Source: Eledone cirrhosa (lineage: Eukaryota). From it: a DNA stretch of 64,000 bases. A program made the translations under genes and the position numbers. The notes below the pieces were generated by a model. The model was not told the origin of the DNA. It did no database searches and saw nothing but the letters and a program-made list of their open reading frames with translations. The stretch lies in the NCBI GenBank assembly GCA_964016885.1, contig OZ024752.1, positions 40,858,001 to 40,922,000 of the forward strand. The letters run 5' to 3'. Below, piece by piece: positions 56,628 through 64,000 of the stretch. Each line of letters begins with the position of its first letter. Position 1 is the stretch's first letter.

Positions 56628-57212
56628 ACGGGGATCTAGCTGTATACATATATATAATCTGTAATGCCTGAGTGGGGATGGCATAGTGGGGCCAGCAACA
56701 TAAACCCTCGAAAGAAACAATACAGTTTTTAAAACAGAGTTGAAAATAAGACAAGCAAAATTTCACATCTCTATCATCACACCTTCATTGTCAGCTTATG
56801 TACTTTTTAGCCTACCCACATAGATAGCCAATGTGCAATACAATGGCGTCGGTATAACAGTTTCATTGATTTTCCTTCTTATTTCGACATAGGTTTAAAC
56901 AGTGTAGGAGAGTGCGAATAATTCAGGGAAGAAATACTAATATTATTGAGACAGTTGAAAGACATTTATTCTGCTTGTTTAAACAAATTGTAGGTTCCTT
57001 CTCTTCAATGGAGATTCAAAACACTTAGTGCATTGAAGCTTATTTCTTCGCTGCTCCACCATCTTGAAAATACTGGGGTTGATTGGTATGTGTTCCTTGG
57101 GCAATGGAACAACCAAAGACGTTTTGATGAAGAATGTGGAGTGAAGGACAATTTTACTTCCATCCGTTCAAAAGGAACGGTATAAAATTACAAGCAAGCA
57201 TATATGCATAAT

Positions 57213-57344
<132 letters not shown>

Positions 57345-57493
57345 CACACACACACACATATGTATATATGTATATATGTATGTGTATATATAAATATATA
57401 TATATATGTATATATGTATGTGTATATATAAATATATATATATATGTATATATGTATGTGTATATATAAATATATATATATGTATATATATGC

Positions 57494-57554
<61 letters not shown>

Positions 57555-57613
57555 AATATATATATATACATGTATATACACATATATACATATATAGATA
57601 TGTATATATATAT

Positions 57614-57699
<86 letters not shown>

Positions 57700-57724
57700 A
57701 TATATATACATATCTATATATGTA

Positions 57725-57810
<86 letters not shown>

Positions 57811-58145
57811 TATATATATACACATATATATATTTACACAGACAGATAGTCTCACTGTCACAACACAACTCATACGATAAAAGGAGTGAAGAACTTTACA
57901 ATTAAAAGGAAATCGTTAGATAAATAAATAGGTGGAGAAGGGGGATTAGAATAACACAAAAGAAAAGAAAATAACAGTACACAGTATAAATTAAAAGGGA
58001 GGTAAATCGTATCGCTGTAGGGATACTGAGAAGCTATTTCCTGCAACTATATCTCACCACCATTTTAAATTTCCACTTACCCACAATTCACCGCTGTGTC
58101 GAAACTATGTAAAAAAAAAATCAGATGAATTCAATCGGAAACCCA

Positions 58146-58563
58146 GGAGGGTAGGATAAAACGTTTATAGGCTGACTATGAAGGAGTAAGGAGTGATTCT
58201 AGAGCTGTGAAATCTTGCATGTATTAATCTGAACTCATCTTATCAATAACGACATTGTTTCTTTCCAGAGACTAGGTATGTCGAAAAATAAACCTGATTT
58301 GGTCATTTCATGAGAGTATCTTGATCAGCCTATGAAGGAAATATGCTAGGGCTGTGAAATCTAGCATACATTAAGTTCAACTCTTCTTATTAATAACTGC
58401 ATTGTTTTTTTTCTAGGGATTATGTTGAAAAATAAAACTTCATTTGGTCATTCTATGAGAGTATCTTGGTCAGCCTATCAAGGAGAGATACTAGAGCTGT
58501 GAAATCTTGCATGCATTAATTTGAATTCGTTCTATGGACTATCTTGAAAAATAAACCTCATTT
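58146..58563. mobile_element. Tandemly amplified mariner-type MITE body, about 2.5 units
   Basis: CTAG(A/G)GCTGTGAAATCT recurs three times; homologous to 12573-12770. Confidence 0.7.
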
Positions 58564-59099
58564 GTATATATATAGTACATATACACATGACACAGATACA
58601 CACGAGAGAGAAAGAGAGAGTGTCTAGCGAGAGGGAAAATGTTCAACTGTTGTCGCTAATAGAGTGGTATGTATAAGAAATAAATATGAAATTATATGGC
58701 CACTGATAATATCAGTGGCCATATTGGATGGTCGTAATGCAAAAAACAATACCATAAATGAGTTTATCGACCCCCAAAACCCCCCTTGTGACGAAAAAAT
58801 ATCGAGTATAGGTGCAATAATAGCGGACTTTTCCTTCTTTTCGACCATCCTCAACTTGAGTGGGTATGTACAGGGGGGTTCCGGCCCTCGGGAAAAATGT
58901 TTAGTATGATATCAGAGAATGGTATGGGTCACTACATATTTTAAAGGGGGCCCGGAAATTAAGTCTGCAGATTTGTAAATACCCCCCCCCCCCCACTACT
59001 GATATAGTAAATTATCTGTATGAATAATCAAGGATTGTTATAGTTATTGCTCTGTAATAAACATATGTCCACACAAAAAGTCTATATAGTATACTTATA

Positions 59100-59322
<223 letters not shown>

Positions 59323-59327
59323 ATATG

Positions 59328-59375
<48 letters not shown>

Positions 59376-59379
<4 letters not shown>

Positions 59380-59598
59380 AACGCGTGTGGCTGAGTGGTT
59401 AGAGAATTGGATTCGCAATCGTAAGGTTGTGAGTTCGATTCCTGGACCAGGCCATGCGTTATATCCTTGAGCAAGACACTTTATTTCACGTTGCTCCTTC
59501 TACCTGGAGTTGCGACCGATAGATAGTATTAGCAATTAGAAAGACCAACGGAAACATTCTTCCCTCGGTCCGATTTGACGAAAGCCGATCGTTCCTTT
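59376..59598 (+). mobile_element. Family 2 SINE, full length
   Basis: A box TGGCTGAGTGG and B box GAGTTCGATTCC; homologous to 2212-2432. Confidence 0.88.
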
Positions 59599-59622
59599 TT
59601 ATATATATATGCATTTATATAC

Positions 59623-59679
<57 letters not shown>

Positions 59680-59680
<1 letters not shown>

Positions 59681-59899
59681 AATCTGAGTTTTTCGAATAT
59701 TGATAATAACATTCGATTCGTTTGCAATTAACCAAACAAGCCTAACTTTTAAAGCCATGTCAGTGGAATGAACCCTTCATTCTTGCTCTTGTGTCGGTAT
59801 GTAAACACAAGAACAAGAATGAAGGGTCCATTCTACTGACATGGCTTTAAAAATGAGGCTTCTTTGCATAATTGCAAACGAATCGAAAAACCCAGATTG
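59680..59899. repeat. Imperfect hairpin of about 220 bp (MITE-like)
   Basis: TTCGATTCGTTTGCAATTA...TTTAAAGCCATGTCAGTGGAATG pairs with CATTCTACTGACATGGCTTTAAA...TAATTGCAAACGAATCGAA. Confidence 0.8.
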
Positions 59900-59956
59900 C
59901 ATTTATTGTATTCAGCCATGTAGACCATGTAGACCGAAAATTTATATATATATACA

Positions 59957-60021
<65 letters not shown>

Positions 60022-60140
60022 GTTATTCCGGGTTGAATCGGAGGTAACCACAGTAAGTAAGGTACTCAATACATAGCAGAGTATAAAAGTTTTAATATAG
60101 ATGAGATTCTACAGGACTAGAACTGTTTCATTCCTCATTC

Positions 60141-60205
60141 ATAGATGAGATTCCTGATAATTTCTGAAGAATGAAACAGTTCTAGTCCTGTAGAATCTCA
60201 TCTAT
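60141..60205 (+). ncRNA. Family C hammerhead (G8A variant) in the fold-back element 60021-60210
   Basis: 13-bp stem I ATAGATGAGATTC/GAATCTCATCTAT; CTGATAA; tTTCtgaaGAAt; GAAACAG..CTGTA. Confidence 0.7.
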
Positions 60206-60278
60206 ATTAATATATATATATATATAAATTAATAAAATAATGAATAAACAAAGAAACAGTTCCTTATATTAAAAAAAT

Positions 60279-60416
60279 TCATCATTTTACGATCGTTTCT
60301 AGGATATATATGTGCTAGAGTTGGTATGCATATTCTATAGATCTATGTACAATATTTATACAAACTATCAGAGGGAATATACATACCTACACATATATAT
60401 GCTGTCTTCAGAAATA
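60279..60416 (-). ncRNA. Family F long-stem-II hammerhead, second copy
   Basis: Homologous to 39651-39788 with intact CTGAAGA and GAAACGATCGTA. Confidence 0.7.
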
Positions 60417-60418
60417 AA

Positions 60419-60480
<62 letters not shown>

Positions 60481-60484
60481 ACAC

Positions 60485-60522
<38 letters not shown>

Positions 60523-60726
60523 GCATATATATAAATATATGTATATATATATATATATATATACATATATACATACGCACGCACACACACAAACACACAC
60601 ACGCACACACACACACACACACACACTAACACACACACAGATATATATATATATATATGTGTGTGTATATATATAAATATATGTATATATATATATATAT
60701 ATATACATATATACATACGCACGCAC

Positions 60727-60803
<77 letters not shown>

Positions 60804-61219
60804 CACACACACAGATATATATATATATATGTGTGTGTGTATATATATATATATAATGCTAGTAGTCCAATGGGACGGAACCAACAAAGTACGGTAGGAT
60901 CTGAATTCAAATATATTATCCTTCATAAATCCTTATCGGATACTGGAATATGTGCAAAGAATAGTAATCTAGTCTATAGGAATAATACGACTGCAGATCT
61001 TTGAAACGTGGCTCAACATTCTGAATTGTAACATGGCGCATAAATAGAAGATTTGCGTTCTTAAGCTTCTGAAATAATGTAAATTATACGGTAAATATGA
61101 ACGATCTATATTGTATATCATAATAGCAAGGGTTTGTATTCATAGGATTTACTTGTATAGCTATATACACTCATATATGTATGCATGTATGTATGTATGT
61201 ATGTATGTATGTATGTATG

Positions 61220-61612
61220 TTTTCTCTTTCTCTTAATTTTGAGTATATTTTTTGACCGGCCACCTTCCTGGTGGCAAGGTTGTAAAAGAAAAGAAATTGT
61301 CATCCCTTGAATCGCAAGAATGTTTTGCAAATTTTGAAGGTGCCAGCTATCGCAGCCATTTGTAGACTATGAATTAGGGAGCTGCGCTTTTTGTCCGCAA
61401 ATCCAAGTTCAGTCATACTTTGGTCTAAGCGGGTTGGTATATAACCCGTAGCACCAATAATGATGGGTATGAAGCTAAAGGTGTATCTTGGATACTGGAT
61501 CTGTAAACTCCTCATCAATGGTCCGTAGATGTCCTCCTTCTCCTGTATTTTTCTGACAACGTTTACATCAAGTGGGCAGCTGATCTCCACAACAGAACAC
61601 GTTTTCAATGTT
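61220..61612 (-). mobile_element. 3' end of an R4/Dong-like RLE retrotransposon in (CATA)n
   Basis: Uninterrupted frame VVEISCPLDVNVVRKIQEKEDIYGPL...FIPIIIGATGYIP...KICKTFLRFKG* (stop at 61300-61302), 3' UTR of about 80 bp; (CATA)n on both sides. Confidence 0.8.
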
Positions 61613-61795
61613 ATGTATGTATGTATGTATGTATGTATGTATGTATGTATGTATGTCACATTCGATCGCAGCACTGTTAGTTGCTATCGTGTGTGTGTGT
61701 GTGTGTGTGTAGATATGCTTATGTGCGTGCGTGTGTGTGTATATATATATGAATATGTATATTATTATTGTTGTTGTCGTTATTATTATTATTGC

Positions 61796-61850
<55 letters not shown>

Positions 61851-62172
61851 GTTATCAATGTATGTGTGTGTATATGTGTGAGTGTATGTGTATGTATGTG
61901 TGTATGTATATATGTATGTATGTATATATATATATATATATATTTCTTTTTTTTTTTTTTTTTATTTATTCATTTATTATTATTATTATTATTTTAATTT
62001 TATTTTATTTTATTTTATTTATTTTTTTTTTCTTCTCGTGCAATGGCCATACTCGATAACGAGGGGGCAGCCATCATGTATGTATGTAAATATATGTATA
62101 TATGTGTGTTTATATATGTATATATATCTATATCCATACCTGCGTTGTTTTGGCTTTACAAATACAAACGTG

Positions 62173-62207
<35 letters not shown>

Positions 62208-62792
62208 ATATGTGTGTGTGTGAGAGTGTGTGTGTGCGAGTGTAGTGTGTGTGTGTGTGTATCTGTGTGTGAGAGTGTGTGTGTGCGAGTGTGTGTGTGT
62301 AAATAAGCAAATAGAACCGCCAAATACATAAATCTGAACGTAGATACACCTAGAACAAAAGCAAAGTAATTATTGAATATCCTTATACGCAAATAATACA
62401 CCCTTGAAACAATATACATACATATATATATATATATACATATACATATTAACCCTTGGTCTTACTGAATTTTGAATGATATATATATATATGTGTGTGT
62501 GTGAATGAGATAGAGAGAGAGATAGAGAGGGGGGGGGGGGAGAATACGTGTACACAAAAAATACAGGATTTAAATTGTTCGAGAAATGTTTATGCAAACG
62601 CATGCATCTATATATCTATAAACAATTCTAACAATACATATCAAATGGTAAAAGTCTAAGATATTGTTGTAAATATCTTCAGAGACTGTTTATATCCCAA
62701 ATAATATACCCCACTATTCGGGAGCTTTCAACAGAAATGGTTGCATTCTTTAAGGGTATGTCAATATTTATTTATAAAACTGATCTATATTA

Positions 62793-62857
62793 TATTTTAT
62801 CTGATGAAAGTACACCATAATTTAACTTGGTGTCCTTGAAATATGTATAATGAAATA
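62793..62857 (+). ncRNA. Family G hammerhead motif, intact core
   Basis: TATTTTAT CTGATGA AAGtACACCA-loop-TGGTGTcCTT GAAA tatgta TA ATGAAATA. Confidence 0.78.
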
Positions 62858-63953
62858 AATATGGTTTTATAAATACGAACAGCGGAGGACGCGTTTCGCA
62901 CCATTCCGACAGACAACCTTTCCCCACCCCGGAATAACCCCCAGTTGATGAATGTGAATCCGAAATATATAGGGACAATTAAATCTCTCCCAAGGTAACT
63001 CTCTCTCGTGTTGTTATTTTTATTTTATCCTTTATGCTCTTTCCTTCATTCCTCTACACGTCTTATACACGCCACGCATGTCAACGTACACCCACTTACA
63101 TCTGTCTCTCCACCACAGGATCTTGTTACCCGGAGATTTACCCATTTGCATTGTCGAGGCTTCCAAACGACTTAAAGAAATTTACCATATATATATATAT
63201 ATATATATATACATATTATAATTTTAATATTATGATCACTTTTGTAATTTTATAATTTTATAATTTTAATATTATAATATTATAATTTTAATATTATGAT
63301 CACTTTTGTTTCAAAGCATAGTCTTCATTATCCAAAATCGATAAACATGTATATTTTTTGTATTTAGGAGAAGACTTGGAACCTATCAGAAAAATCCCAA
63401 ATATTTTACCCACGGGGAAATAATATCACTTTGTGTAACTGATTGGATTACTTTTAAAATCGATTTTAAAATTGTATATTTATCCTAAAAGGTATCACCA
63501 TTCTTCGACTACTGTCGAGATGATGGATCTCACTCTCATGCCCCAGAATTCCCTGTCCCCCATATAGTGTGGTTCCCTGAGGAACAGGAACCCCGGTGCA
63601 GTCAGTTGCAAAATCCATCATCTTTTCAAATAGCTAATAATATGTATGGGCGCCATTACTACACACAGGTATACTTAACATTATATTTTAGATTATAGAT
63701 ATATTGTTAACCACGTGCTTGGAGTGTGCTGTTGCTACATTTTATGAATGTGAATAGAAATCTGCACATGAGTGGCTGTGATGTATCCAAGTGCATACGG
63801 TGTATGCACATATCCATATGTATATATATATATATATTTGTGTGTGTGTGTATGCGCATATGCATGTGTGTACATATAAATATATATGTGTGTGTTTGCG
63901 CATATGCATATATATATACATATATATATATGTGTATGTCTAAGCGCCTATGC

Positions 63954-64000
<47 letters not shown>

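Noticed and set aside
58623-58995. Possible non-autonomous DNA element or 76-81 aa ORFs
   Set aside because: Composition suggests a repeat, but no termini or second copy in the window, and the ORFs are unrecognisable

Overview
AT-rich eukaryotic non-coding DNA dominated by microsatellites and minisatellites. The tRNA-derived SINEs suggest an octopod cephalopod (inference from recalled SINE sequences, not searched). No intact protein-coding gene, rRNA, true tRNA or CRISPR array is supportable, and nearly all long ORFs are simple-repeat artefacts. Recognisable elements: two tRNA-SINE families (about 35 full or partial copies, several in tandem chains), a complete 909-bp non-autonomous Helitron with an internally verifiable A|T insertion site, mariner-type MITEs, hAT-like ends, and 3' fragments of four retrotransposon types (Penelope-like GIY-YIG, CRE-like RLE, R4/Dong-like RLE, Tx1-like). 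The main signal is about seven unrelated families of short elements (about 150-450 bp) carrying type I hammerhead ribozyme motifs (CUGANGA, stem II, GAAA, short or palindromic stem III, NUH). They show compensatory changes between copies, lie in (TA)n tracts and often form fold-back palindromes. They resemble Penelope-like pseudo-LTR ends but have unusual features: U.U or C.A at the base of stem II, a 101-nt stem II, and a symmetry axis shared by separate copies. Each retroelement type also appears tied to its own microsatellite.
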